Shown here piece by piece: positions 8,377-16,703 of a stretch of DNA of 64,000 nucleotides; position 1 is the stretch's first letter; each line of letters begins with the position of its first letter. The notes under the pieces are model-generated. The model had not been told where the DNA came from and did no database searches. It saw only the letters and a program-made list of their open reading frames with translations. Both the position numbers and the translations under genes were made by a program. Source of the stretch: Escherichia phage FL38; the sequence record PP400784, one strand, 5' to 3'.

Positions 8377-11166
8377 ATGGCAGATTTAAGCAGAATCCAA
8401 TTTAAACGCACTAGCACTAAAGGTCGTAAACCTGATGCTAGTACGATGAATCCGGGGGAATTGGCAATCAACCTTGCGGATCAATATCTTCTTACTAAAA
8501 ATGATTCCGGTGCTATTATCAATTTAAGTTGTCCTCCTGTTTATGACCGCGATGTTACAATGGCGGGTAAGGTTAAAGGTAATAATTATATCTTAAGTAA
8601 AACCGCTAACTATCTGGAAGATCAGACCGCACGAGATCTTAATTACTTTGGTGCTTTCCGAACTAATGGACAAGATGGTCTTTTAGATCTAACTCTTAAT
8701 GTTCCTCATTCTGCTGGCATTAATCATGGTCGAGGATTTACTTTCCGTTATGCGACTGGCGGATCTCGTGTTGAAACCTATGGGTATAATGCACAGGGAC
8801 AAAAAGCATTTAGCTATAAAATGTATCACGAAGGTGATAAACCAACTCCAGGAGAATTGAACGTCTATAGCAAACAAGAAATTGACCGGATGTTTGTTAA
8901 GAACGTTAAAATGGTTGTTCCTTCTGGTGGTACAAACCGTGGTTATTTTAAAATTGCATCCGCAATGATCCCGCAGAGTGGTCGGATGGCGTTTCTGCGA
9001 ATCTATGGTGGTAATGGATATAATGTAAACTCATATGACCAAGTTGATTTTCTTGAAATTGTTATTCGTAGTGGTAATAATAACCCTAAAGGCGTTAGTA
9101 TTGCTGCATATCGTCGAAATTCTTTGAACGTCCATGAAGTATTTGCAATTAATACTTCCGGTGATAGCTATGACATTTATGTTAACTATGGTCGTTACAC
9201 TGATAACGTTATTGTAGAGTTTGGAAAAACTGTTGACGTCGCATTGACTGTTCATGATGTTCCTGAATTTTCGGCGACTAAACCAGAAACCGGAACTAAA
9301 TTTGATGCTCGTGTTATTACGATGTTCAACACCGAAAACAAAGCCGGAACATTGATGTTTGATAATAACAATCAGTTAACCTATGATATTGTTAGCCTTA
9401 GCAATGGTCCTGATGATGTTAGAAATTATCTGCGTAAATTCCGAAGTAAAGCGGGTGAAATGATTTGGCATGAAACCGTTCAGGGTGCTGTATATCGTCT
9501 TGCTACTGGAACTACTGATTCTACGGAAGTTCTTAGAGTTGATTCTAACAGTGCTCTCCCGGGTAGCTATAAAGGATATGTAATTACTGGTAAAATGGAA
9601 TTGCACGGTAGCGGTAGTGCGATGAATTTACACCGCCAGACTGGTCAAGCTGCATATATGGCGTGGTGGGATCGTCGTGATGGTAAAAACCAACGTAGTG
9701 GTTATATCGGCCATGCGGATGGTACTACTGATGGTTTTGTGTGGCGTAATGATGTTGGTGCGAACTCATTTGATTTGGAAAGTAGTGGACAAGTAAATTT
9801 GACTACAGGAAAAACAAAAATTGTATATACCAACGGACAATATTATTCCGCTAACTCTGATGCATTCCGTATGATTTACGGCAATTATGGCGCATTCTGG
9901 CGTAATGACGGCACTAAAGTTTATCTTCTTTCTACTGCCGAAAATGATCGTTTTGGTGGATGGAACGGCAACCGACCATTCATTTACGATTTGACTTCCG
10001 GTAACGTTCAATTAGGCGGTGACGGTAACGAAGCTGCATTAACGTTAGAACGTGCAAGCAAAGCCGCTCGTTTTACGGGTGATGTTTATGTAGAAAAAGG
10101 TTTCCTTCATTTCTCTAGTGGACGATTAGGATCTCGTGATTTCTTTAAAATCAACCATTGGGGTGATAGCAATAACGGTCGTGATAACATTTTGCAGTTT
10201 GAAGACAATAGCGGTGCACACTTCACAACTGAACGTAAAATGGCAACCGGTGAAATTACTGCGCGATTTAAAGGATTTGTGCGTGTAGAATCTGGCGAAA
10301 TTACATTCCATGCTAACCGTGGTTCTTCTTCGCAATTTAGTCTCAATACATGGGGTAATGAATCACGAAAACAAGTTTTTGAATGTAAGGATGCAACAAG
10401 TTATCATTGGTATACCGAACGTACTGCGGGTGGAACTGGTCCGGTTAAGTTCTCTGTTGCAGGTTCTTTCTATAGCGGAAGCGATGCTAACGTAGGCGGT
10501 AGTCTGAATTTTGGTAATGCTATTCAACGCGGCGCTAGCGTCATTACTATAGATTCTGGTTCTGCGGGTGCTGGTTCTTTTGCATCTCAACATGATGATA
10601 ACGTCAAAGCACCTATTTTCCAACGTTTAGACCGTGGTGATGCGTCTACATATGTTCCTTTGATCAAGCAACGTTATGTTCAAGGTGCAGTAACATTCTC
10701 GTTGGGTATGCTTCTTAATGAAGGTTCATGGCGAGTTCATGTTAAAGGTTCTGGTGTTGAATCTAATACTACCTTCTATAAAAACGGCGATTTCCAAGCT
10801 GGACGCAATGGTAACTTTAACGACGTTTACATTCGCTCTGATGCTCGCCTTAAAATCAACAAGGAAGAGTATAAGGAGAATGCCACTGATAAAGTTAATC
10901 GCTTGACGGTATACACCTATGACAAGGTTAAATCTTTAACCGACCGTACTGTCATTGCTCATGAAGTTGGTATTATTGCTCAGGATCTTGAAAAAGAATT
11001 ACCGGAAGCAGTAACAACTTCTAACATCGGCGATCCCGATAAGCCAGAAGAGATCTTAACAATTTCTAACTCTGCTGTCAACGCTCTTTTAATTAAGGCG
11101 TTTCAGGAAATGAGCGAAGAATTGAATGCCGTTAAAGCTGAACTAGCGGAACTTAAAAAGAATTAA
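8377..11166 (+). CDS. 37: long tail fibre distal subunit gp37 (receptor-binding fibre) with C-terminal intramolecular chaperone domain
   Basis: 929 aa; N-terminus MADLSRIQFKRTSTKGRKPDAS..GELAINL and internal AGSFASQ..DASTYVPLIKQRYVQG match T4 gp37. Confidence 0.9.
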   Translation: MADLSRIQFKRTSTKGRKPDASTMNPGELAINLADQYLLTKNDSGAIINLSCPPVYDRDVTMAGKVKGNNYILSKTANYLEDQTARDLNYFGAFRTNGQDGLLDLTLNVPHSAGINHGRGFTFRYATGGSRVETYGYNAQGQKAFSYKMYHEGDKPTPGELNVYSKQEIDRMFVKNVKMVVPSGGTNRGYFKIASAMIPQSGRMAFLRIYGGNGYNVNSYDQVDFLEIVIRSGNNNPKGVSIAAYRRNSLNVHEVFAINTSGDSYDIYVNYGRYTDNVIVEFGKTVDVALTVHDVPEFSATKPETGTKFDARVITMFNTENKAGTLMFDNNNQLTYDIVSLSNGPDDVRNYLRKFRSKAGEMIWHETVQGAVYRLATGTTDSTEVLRVDSNSALPGSYKGYVITGKMELHGSGSAMNLHRQTGQAAYMAWWDRRDGKNQRSGYIGHADGTTDGFVWRNDVGANSFDLESSGQVNLTTGKTKIVYTNGQYYSANSDAFRMIYGNYGAFWRNDGTKVYLLSTAENDRFGGWNGNRPFIYDLTSGNVQLGGDGNEAALTLERASKAARFTGDVYVEKGFLHFSSGRLGSRDFFKINHWGDSNNGRDNILQFEDNSGAHFTTERKMATGEITARFKGFVRVESGEITFHANRGSSSQFSLNTWGNESRKQVFECKDATSYHWYTERTAGGTGPVKFSVAGSFYSGSDANVGGSLNFGNAIQRGASVITIDSGSAGAGSFASQHDDNVKAPIFQRLDRGDASTYVPLIKQRYVQGAVTFSLGMLLNEGSWRVHVKGSGVESNTTFYKNGDFQAGRNGNFNDVYIRSDARLKINKEEYKENATDKVNRLTVYTYDKVKSLTDRTVIAHEVGIIAQDLEKELPEAVTTSNIGDPDKPEEILTISNSAVNALLIKAFQEMSEELNAVKAELAELKKN
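10837..11166 (+). other. C-terminal intramolecular chaperone (peptidase S74-like) domain of gp37
   Basis: SDARLKINKEEY ... GIIAQDLEKELPEAV ... coiled-coil end; matches the SDxRLK autoproteolytic chaperone signature of phage fibres/endosialidases. Confidence 0.65.
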
Positions 11167-11206
11167 GGAAACTCCCAGGGAAGGGAACTACTAAGGAGAA
11201 ACGGCT

Positions 11207-11446
11207 ATGGTCTATAATATCGTCATTGGTGCTTTGTCTAATTTCGGAATGAAATTATTGTCAAAGTTAATTAGTGAAAAGATGCTCACTAAAATTTTCT
11301 TCTATTGCGCTCGTCGTCTTGCGGATTATACCAATACGCCAATTGATGATCGTTTTGTGGAAGAACTTTATAAGGAGTTTAATAAAGATCAGTCAGAAGA
11401 TAGTAACGAGCAAGATAAACCTAGTGATAGTCAACTACCTAAATAA
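11207..11446 (+). CDS. hypothetical small protein (79 aa), N-terminal hydrophobic segment, acidic C-terminus
   Basis: SD AAGGAGAA; occupies the T4 gp38 position but is unrelated in size. Confidence 0.5.
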   Translation: MVYNIVIGALSNFGMKLLSKLISEKMLTKIFFYCARRLADYTNTPIDDRFVEELYKEFNKDQSEDSNEQDKPSDSQLPK

Positions 11447-11479
11447 GAGTACACTGTCATAGTTATCTTAGGGCATTAT

Positions 11480-12136
11480 ATGCAAGTTTCTGAAAAAGGG
11501 AAAGACTTTGCTATCTCAAATGTCCTGCGCGCTATTTTCACAACTAAAAGCACGGAGTTGCTCGTACTTCGTGTTTTTGCTGCCGTCGTGTTGTCCATAT
11601 TAGCATTTGTCGTTTATAGTAAAAACGAGTTATTTGCGCTTTATAAAGAGACTCGTTATGAGACTTATGCTCACATTCTCCAGGTAGAGAAAGACCGCAA
11701 TTTTGATAATGCAGCACAGGAGCAGTTACAGATAGTTCATGTGTCGGCTGATGCCGATTTTTCTGCTGTTTTTAGTTTTCGTCCGAAAAACCTAAACTAT
11801 TTTGTTGATTTGGTGGCATATGAAGGAAAGCTACCGCATACAATCGATGAAAAAAATTTAGGTGGATTCCCTATCAATAAAACGAGTGAAGAATATCGTA
11901 GGCATCTTTTAGGTAAATCCTATTTTACCGATAAAGATTTCCAGTATATTCCATCAAGAGAAAAGAAATTAGAGAATATCGATATAGGTTTCATGTATTC
12001 TTGTCCTATATTCAATCTCGATAATGTCTATTCTGGTAGTATCGCCATTTCATGGAAGAATAAACCGGATATTGACATTGAGAATTTAGATACTCTTTGC
12101 AATCAATCTGCCAGAATCCTCGGAAGGATTAGATAA
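11480..12136 (+). CDS. t: holin
   Basis: 218 aa; LEQLQIVHVSADADFSAVFSFRPKNLNYFVDLVAYEGKLP and C-terminal ARILGR match T4 holin T. Confidence 0.9.
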   Translation: MQVSEKGKDFAISNVLRAIFTTKSTELLVLRVFAAVVLSILAFVVYSKNELFALYKETRYETYAHILQVEKDRNFDNAAQEQLQIVHVSADADFSAVFSFRPKNLNYFVDLVAYEGKLPHTIDEKNLGGFPINKTSEEYRRHLLGKSYFTDKDFQYIPSREKKLENIDIGFMYSCPIFNLDNVYSGSIAISWKNKPDIDIENLDTLCNQSARILGRIR

Positions 12137-12142
12137 CTTAAA

Positions 12143-12173
12143 GGGGAAGCCTTTCGGCCTCCCCTTCTTTTTA
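12143..12173 (+). terminator. intrinsic terminator at convergence of late (+) and early (-) transcription
   Basis: GGGGAAGCC-TTTC-GGCCTCCCC hairpin then TTCTTTTTA; may act on both strands. Confidence 0.55.
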
Positions 12174-12419
12174 TTGGCGCATAGACGCGCCTGAATCGCA
12201 TTTTGACGCTGTATGATGAAAACAGGTAGCGTACCAGTCATCGGCTTGTTTGTCTTCGTCAGAAAACGCGTAATTGCGTTGTATGCCGTTTTCTACTTTG
12301 ACCAGTGCAATAGCTGTTTCTGGAAGATCAATCAATCGGACAAAATCGCCATCTTCCCATTCTACACGAGCAATATCATAACCCATCTCAAAATAAACAA
12401 TCACTTGCTCTAATCTCAT
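12171..12419 (-). CDS. hypothetical protein (82 aa)
   Basis: ORF with start overlapping the upstream stop. Confidence 0.45.
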   Translation of the reverse strand: MRLEQVIVYFEMGYDIARVEWEDGDFVRLIDLPETAIALVKVENGIQRNYAFSDEDKQADDWYATCFHHTASKCDSGASMRQ

Positions 12420-12763
12420 TCTGGAAACTTCCCGTAAACATTCTCTGCCAACTTACGTGCATCGCTAATAATATCTTTCATGTGATGGTCGTATTGCTTT
12501 GCCATAATAAGAATACAATCAATGAAGAATGAATAACGTCTAGAATTTACTAAAAAGTTTTTACCTAGTGAATCAAACGGATCTGGATCATCAAGTTCGA
12601 TAGATTCTCTAACTTTAGACAATTCTTTCATTACAAGGTTTACATCGTTTATAATATCTTTTGATTTATATGCGCCTTTCTTTAACAATATGGCGGTCAA
12701 TTCTGACGCAGTTTCTTGAAATTCTTTCTGATAAGCTGAGTTTACATCATCGATATTAAACAT
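12416..12763 (-). CDS. hypothetical protein (115 aa), tandem paralog A
   Basis: Starts MFNIDD, ends ENVYG; paralogous to the adjacent 12773..13105. Confidence 0.55.
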   Translation of the reverse strand: MFNIDDVNSAYQKEFQETASELTAILLKKGAYKSKDIINDVNLVMKELSKVRESIELDDPDPFDSLGKNFLVNSRRYSFFIDCILIMAKQYDHHMKDIISDARKLAENVYGKFPE

Positions 12764-12772
12764 AATCGCCTC

Positions 12773-13105
12773 TCAAATATTGCCGTAAATGTTTTCAGTC
12801 ATGGTTCTTGCTTCTTCCAGCATTTTGGTCATGCTCATGGTGTAGTTGTTATCTCGTACAGACTTAATAACGACAAGCAAGGAATCTAGGAAAACTTTAT
12901 ATACTCTCCATTTTACGCTATTGTTGAATAGTTTTATATCTTCTACTTTATCGATCAGATAACCTAAAACAGATAGCGCCTCGTTCACTTCTTCCGTTAC
13001 TTTACTGCCACTAAACCAGATGGGGTAAAGCTGGATTGACAGCGACCGTGCTGCCTCTTTCAGTTCGGTCGCCTTCCATGATTCATATTGATCAAAGTTA
13101 AACAT
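12773..13105 (-). CDS. hypothetical protein (110 aa), tandem paralog B
   Basis: Starts MFNFDQ, ends ENIYG; similar length and termini to 12416..12763. Confidence 0.55.
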   Translation of the reverse strand: MFNFDQYESWKATELKEAARSLSIQLYPIWFSGSKVTEEVNEALSVLGYLIDKVEDIKLFNNSVKWRVYKVFLDSLLVVIKSVRDNNYTMSMTKMLEEARTMTENIYGNI

Positions 13106-13117
13106 TATAGAATACCA

Positions 13118-13450
13118 TTACAGATGAAAACCTGTTACGATCACCGCATCGATCATACCGCTAGGAATAAACGGTTCGCCCTCTTTTATTTCAACTTTGA
13201 ATTGATGCCATTTCGCTAATACTTCTTCCGGTACACCCAGCGATTTGGCGTCTGCTTTAGTTTCATCCATAATCCAACTAGGCTGCATGAGAGCATAGTT
13301 TACATAGTCCATTTCTGGGGTCATGTCATCAATGTTAATATATTTGCAGTTGACGCGTTTCAGAATTTCAAATTCTTTATTGTCAACCTGTACCATGTAT
13401 AATTCAGTAGTTTCTGGAATCAGTTCCCACACAACCAGTACATTTTTCAT
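13118..13450 (-). CDS. hypothetical protein (110 aa)
   Basis: ORF in dense minus-strand array. Confidence 0.5.
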   Translation of the reverse strand: MKNVLVVWELIPETTELYMVQVDNKEFEILKRVNCKYINIDDMTPEMDYVNYALMQPSWIMDETKADAKSLGVPEEVLAKWHQFKVEIKEGEPFIPSGMIDAVIVTGFHL

Positions 13451-13458
13451 AGTTCACC

Positions 13459-13827
13459 TCACTTAACAAAGATTTTCTTTAATGCTTTCAGGATCGTTGC
13501 TTCCGGTGCTTCTTCCGGTGGAGGAAGCAATTCTACCACTTCCTCTTCCAACTCGATATAGTCTACCAGATATTCTACATAGAATGCAAGTGCTTCCATG
13601 AAATTAGATGCTACATCCGATTCACCACAAGCGCCTACATGCATTGTATAAACATCACTGCGATCAAGTTTGTGGATGCTTCCCAGATAGTTTCGGTTAT
13701 ACCAGACTTCCCACACTTTCAGCTTTCCGGTTTTGGTTGCTGTTTTATAATCGGTTTCGTAATGATGCAATTGACGTTGCAGATCATTGATAATAACACA
13801 TTTTTCGTAATTGTTTTGAATTTCCAT
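13459..13827 (-). CDS. hypothetical protein (122 aa)
   Basis: ORF in dense minus-strand array. Confidence 0.5.
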   Translation of the reverse strand: MEIQNNYEKCVIINDLQRQLHHYETDYKTATKTGKLKVWEVWYNRNYLGSIHKLDRSDVYTMHVGACGESDVASNFMEALAFYVEYLVDYIELEEEVVELLPPPEEAPEATILKALKKIFVK

Positions 13828-13837
13828 GATGTAATCC

Positions 13838-14029
13838 TCACTTATCGTTAAGAAGTTCTAAAACTTTCTGTCGTACTTTGTCAATATTAGTTGATTCAAA
13901 AACTGTACGGTATCCCCAGCTTTGACCGTATGAGCGCGAGCAATCCCCATATCCCCATTGTTCAACCTGATAGTATTCAAGGAATGGGTGCTGCCGAACT
14001 ATGATACCATCGCGATTAAAAATTACCAT
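13838..14029 (-). CDS. hypothetical protein (63 aa)
   Basis: ORF in dense minus-strand array. Confidence 0.4.
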   Translation of the reverse strand: MVIFNRDGIIVRQHPFLEYYQVEQWGYGDCSRSYGQSWGYRTVFESTNIDKVRQKVLELLNDK

Positions 14030-14052
14030 AATATAATCCTCACGTCAAAAAC

Positions 14053-14340
14053 TTATTTTCGGTTGTGGTCACGATATGTTTTAAAATATCCCTCGTACCA
14101 CGGTAAAATATCTGGATTTTTACCACTATACAGACATTTAACCATCATGTCAATAAGGCCATCTGGTGTTTGATAGTTTCCAGCTTTTATAAGCTCTTTG
14201 ATTAAAATCTCTCTGTATATGTCTTTCGGATCTTCGTAATCAACTTGTATTGTGGTTGTGGTCTCATTCAATTTGGTTTCTGGAGTATCTCGCATTGCAT
14301 CCCACCAATCTTTTGTGACCTTCATGTTATTGAATTGCAT
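14053..14340 (-). CDS. hypothetical protein (95 aa)
   Basis: ORF in dense minus-strand array. Confidence 0.5.
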   Translation of the reverse strand: MQFNNMKVTKDWWDAMRDTPETKLNETTTTIQVDYEDPKDIYREILIKELIKAGNYQTPDGLIDMMVKCLYSGKNPDILPWYEGYFKTYRDHNRK

Positions 14341-14351
14341 AATTTAACCTC

Positions 14352-15110
14352 TTACTTGCAAACGTATTGATCTACATCAATTGCGCCACCGAATGTAGGG
14401 TGACGTTTTTCAAATCGAATAGTTCCGTCGTTTGGTTCGAAAACGGAGTATTCATATAGATCTTTCTTGCCAACATTCTTATAAAACCCGCCTTTAGTCA
14501 TAACGGTTTCTTGTACGTTTGCTTTGTGTACGTTGTATTCGTCAATGTATACAAAATCAACCATCTTCCCATTTTTAATGGTTACTTTAAGATCTCCTGG
14601 CTGGTTTCCATATTTTGCATACAGTGGAGCTTCTTTAATTTTGGTGGAAATTCCATCTTTAATACTCCACTCATAACGAACGGTGCATTGATAGGTAAAA
14701 GTTTCGACCTTCGGTTCTTCCACCATTTTTTCTTCCTGTTTCGGTTGTTCTTCTTCAACCTTCGCAGAAGTCTCTGAATCGCTTTCTGACGCGGTTTCTT
14801 CTTTAGGTAATACATTCATCAAGTTTTGGATTTGAGCGTTGTATACAGCCTCCAGTGGCTGAATCTGCCCGATATTGATCATTGTATCACGAACAGTTTT
14901 ATTCCAGTTGAGTTGCTCTTGTTTAAGAGACGGATCAATCTTAACAGCCTTAACATATACTTCATGAAGTTTCGAATCCAGTGCGGAGATTGACTCATTA
15001 GCACAAATAAACTTCTCTGATTTGGTAGTGGCTTTAGCGCAATCAAAGGACGCAGCATTAGCACCGAAAGCAGTAGCGGAAAGAACGATAGCAGCGATAA
15101 TGTTTTTCAT
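14352..15110 (-). CDS. secreted protein with LprI/DUF1311-like N-terminal domain (candidate periplasmic lysozyme inhibitor)
   Basis: Signal peptide MKNIIAAIVLSATAFGANA; then SFDCAKATTKSEKFICANESISALDSKLHEVY, typical of DUF1311; Glu-rich linker; Cys-bracketed C-terminal domain. Confidence 0.55.
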   Translation of the reverse strand: MKNIIAAIVLSATAFGANAASFDCAKATTKSEKFICANESISALDSKLHEVYVKAVKIDPSLKQEQLNWNKTVRDTMINIGQIQPLEAVYNAQIQNLMNVLPKEETASESDSETSAKVEEEQPKQEEKMVEEPKVETFTYQCTVRYEWSIKDGISTKIKEAPLYAKYGNQPGDLKVTIKNGKMVDFVYIDEYNVHKANVQETVMTKGGFYKNVGKKDLYEYSVFEPNDGTIRFEKRHPTFGGAIDVDQYVCK

Positions 15111-15138
15111 AATATATTCCTCAATGTTTTGTCTTGAT

Positions 15139-15173
15139 GGGAGTATCTTACTACTCCCTTAATCCGGTGTCAA
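15139..15173 (-). promoter_or_regulatory. early promoter with inverted repeat (type II): -35 TTGACA, GGGAGTA/TACTCCC arms flanking -10 TAAGAT
   Basis: Minus strand reads TTGACA-17 nt-TAAGAT with a 7-bp palindrome around the -10; upstream of 14352..15110. Confidence 0.5.
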
Positions 15174-15179
15174 CTATTT

Positions 15180-15335
15180 TTAAATTTCTTCTACAGTAAA
15201 GTCTTCAATGTTATTGTGCTCGGAGAACGTTGCCAGACCAGCATTCCATGCATCATCCTCAGAGAAGAATACACCGTAACGTTCATATCCTTTAGCGCCT
15301 TCAAATTTAACCATTAATTTGTGAGTATGTTTCAT
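15180..15335 (-). CDS. hypothetical protein (51 aa; start trimmed to internal ATG)
   Basis: Track ORF 15180..15398 begins inside the promoter palindrome; internal ATG MKHTHK has SD GGAGAATCAAA. Confidence 0.45.
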   Translation of the reverse strand: MKHTHKLMVKFEGAKGYERYGVFFSEDDAWNAGLATFSEHNNIEDFTVEEI

Positions 15336-15366
15336 TTTGATTCTCCTTCGTTGTCTTGATGAGTTC

Positions 15367-15396
15367 ATTGTAGGGGATCGGCGATCCCCTGTCAAC
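15367..15396 (-). promoter_or_regulatory. early promoter with palindromic spacer (type I): GTTGACA-GGGGATCGCCGATCCCC-TACAAT
   Basis: Perfect 17-nt palindrome fills the -35/-10 spacer exactly. Confidence 0.6.
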
Positions 15397-15405
15397 AACT
15401 ATTTT

Positions 15406-15618
15406 TTAATTTTTACCCGCTCGTGCATTAATACGCATTTTCTGAATAGCCATGATCTGGCTTACTGCTTCTTCTTTACGTTCTTGCGTGATAACGTGAC
15501 CAGATTCCGCAAACTCTCCCGCAACTTCTTCTACGATCTCGCGAACTTGAGAACGTCCAAAGATGCGGTTTCCTTCGTAGCTCATAAACTCGGTTACTAC
15601 TTGCTCGATAGATTTCAT
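15406..15618 (-). CDS. hypothetical protein (70 aa)
   Basis: ORF with SD; preceded by promoter/palindrome element. Confidence 0.5.
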   Translation of the reverse strand: MKSIEQVVTEFMSYEGNRIFGRSQVREIVEEVAGEFAESGHVITQERKEEAVSQIMAIQKMRINARAGKN

Positions 15619-15642
15619 GTGATTCTCCTTTCGTTTCGGTGT

Positions 15643-15678
15643 GGGAGTATGTTAATACTCCCATTTCTTTACGTCAAC
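15643..15678 (-). promoter_or_regulatory. early promoter with inverted repeat (type II): TTGACG-17 nt-TAACAT inside GGGAGTAT/ATACTCCC
   Basis: Seen on minus strand upstream of 15406..15618. Confidence 0.5.
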
Positions 15679-15684
15679 CAGTTT

Positions 15685-15927
15685 TTAGAAATTTTTCGCT
15701 TCTTCTTCGGTCATCATCACCGCGCATTCGTGCATAACTTTGAAAACCGGATCAATCATATCGAATGCTTCGCGGGACAGTTTACGAGAAGCGATTTTGA
15801 TTGCTTCTACGTCTTCTACTACAGGAACAAAAACAGTTTTCAGTTCATCGAGAACGGCAGCTTCTTTTTCATTCAGGAAGATACCAGCGTCATACAGTGC
15901 AACTTCGATAACATTAACTTTAACCAT
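15685..15927 (-). CDS. hypothetical protein (80 aa)
   Basis: ORF in dense minus-strand array. Confidence 0.5.
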   Translation of the reverse strand: MVKVNVIEVALYDAGIFLNEKEAAVLDELKTVFVPVVEDVEAIKIASRKLSREAFDMIDPVFKVMHECAVMMTEEEAKNF

Positions 15928-15966
15928 TTTAATTCCTCCAGTTCGTTTAGGTATGGGAGTATAATA

Positions 15967-16191
15967 CTACCGATGACCTTTGGCGTCAACTGCTTTTTTA
16001 TTATTTTCGTGAAAATTTTTCGTCGCCTCATGTGCTTTTCGCTGGGCTTCTTGTTGTGCTTGCTGGCGTGCTGCCTCTTGTGAAGCCATAACGGAAGCAT
16101 TTGCAGCAGTTACAGCCGCTACCATCGCTGCGGTATTAGCATTTACAGTACATGCACTAGCCAGCAAAGCAATTGCAATCATTTTCTTCAT
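15967..16191 (-). CDS. small secreted/lipoprotein-like protein (74 aa)
   Basis: Signal peptide MKKMIAIALLASAC with possible lipobox, Ala/Gln-rich. Confidence 0.5.
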   Translation of the reverse strand: MKKMIAIALLASACTVNANTAAMVAAVTAANASVMASQEAARQQAQQEAQRKAHEATKNFHENNKKAVDAKGHR

Positions 16192-16358
16192 AGTTTCCCC
16201 TTTAGGTTATCTTCGACCTTCACCCATTCCGCGTATTCTTGCGCGGCTACTTTCGGATTTAGTCCGTCTTCGTACATTGCTTCAAGTAATGCTTCGTCGG
16301 TGGGCTTATACCCTAGATAAGCCTCCACCTGATTTTTCCAAATTTTATACCAGTTCAT
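16188..16358 (-). CDS. hypothetical protein (start uncertain; internal ATG MNWYKIW chosen)
   Basis: Track ORF 16188..16427 overlaps the upstream gene by 65 nt; the internal ATG removes the overlap. Confidence 0.35.
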   Translation of the reverse strand: MNWYKIWKNQVEAYLGYKPTDEALLEAMYEDGLNPKVAAQEYAEWVKVEDNLKGKL

Positions 16359-16362
16359 ATTA

Positions 16363-16635
16363 TCACCAGTCAAGAGCGCGTGTCTCTGCGTCTTCCCATG
16401 CTTGATCCATAACAGCCTTGAAAACATATTCTAAAGTATCATCTTTAGAGAATCCGAAGACCTTAGACGGAATATCTTCAATTGCTACTCCCGCGACTTC
16501 TGCATTACGCGCTTGGCAATAATGCAACTCTAAGTTATCGAGATAGCGACCGCCTAATTTCTCCATATCATCCCAGCATTTCCAGTAACCTACTTTATTT
16601 GCAATCGCTAACACCTTGCTGTTTTCGTTGTTCAT
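16363..16635 (-). CDS. hypothetical protein (90 aa; start trimmed to MNNENSK)
   Basis: SD AAAGGAGAATCAAAG before the internal ATG; track N-terminal extension reads through the leader. Confidence 0.5.
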   Translation of the reverse strand: MNNENSKVLAIANKVGYWKCWDDMEKLGGRYLDNLELHYCQARNAEVAGVAIEDIPSKVFGFSKDDTLEYVFKAVMDQAWEDAETRALDW

Positions 16636-16703
16636 CTTTGATTCTCCTTTTGTTTGGTATGTGTGTATTATGCAATGATGGATTTGTGAAGTCAACAACT
16701 TTT

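Noticed and set aside
11167-11479. gp38 adhesin/chaperone gene after gp37
   Set aside because: Only a 79-aa unrelated ORF is present; gp37 carries its own C-terminal chaperone-like domain.
15180-15398. Full-length track ORFs that start inside promoter palindromes (also 53690..53917, 23777..24157, 63258..63593, 16363..16698)
   Set aside because: Their N-termini translate through -35/palindrome/-10 elements and lack an SD; an internal ATG with a strong SD (GGAGAATCAA-type) is the more plausible start, so trimmed coordinates are reported.
15337-16083. 248-aa plus-strand ORF
   Set aside because: Antisense to four well-supported minus-strand genes and their promoters; Phe/Cys-rich low-complexity translation; no SD.
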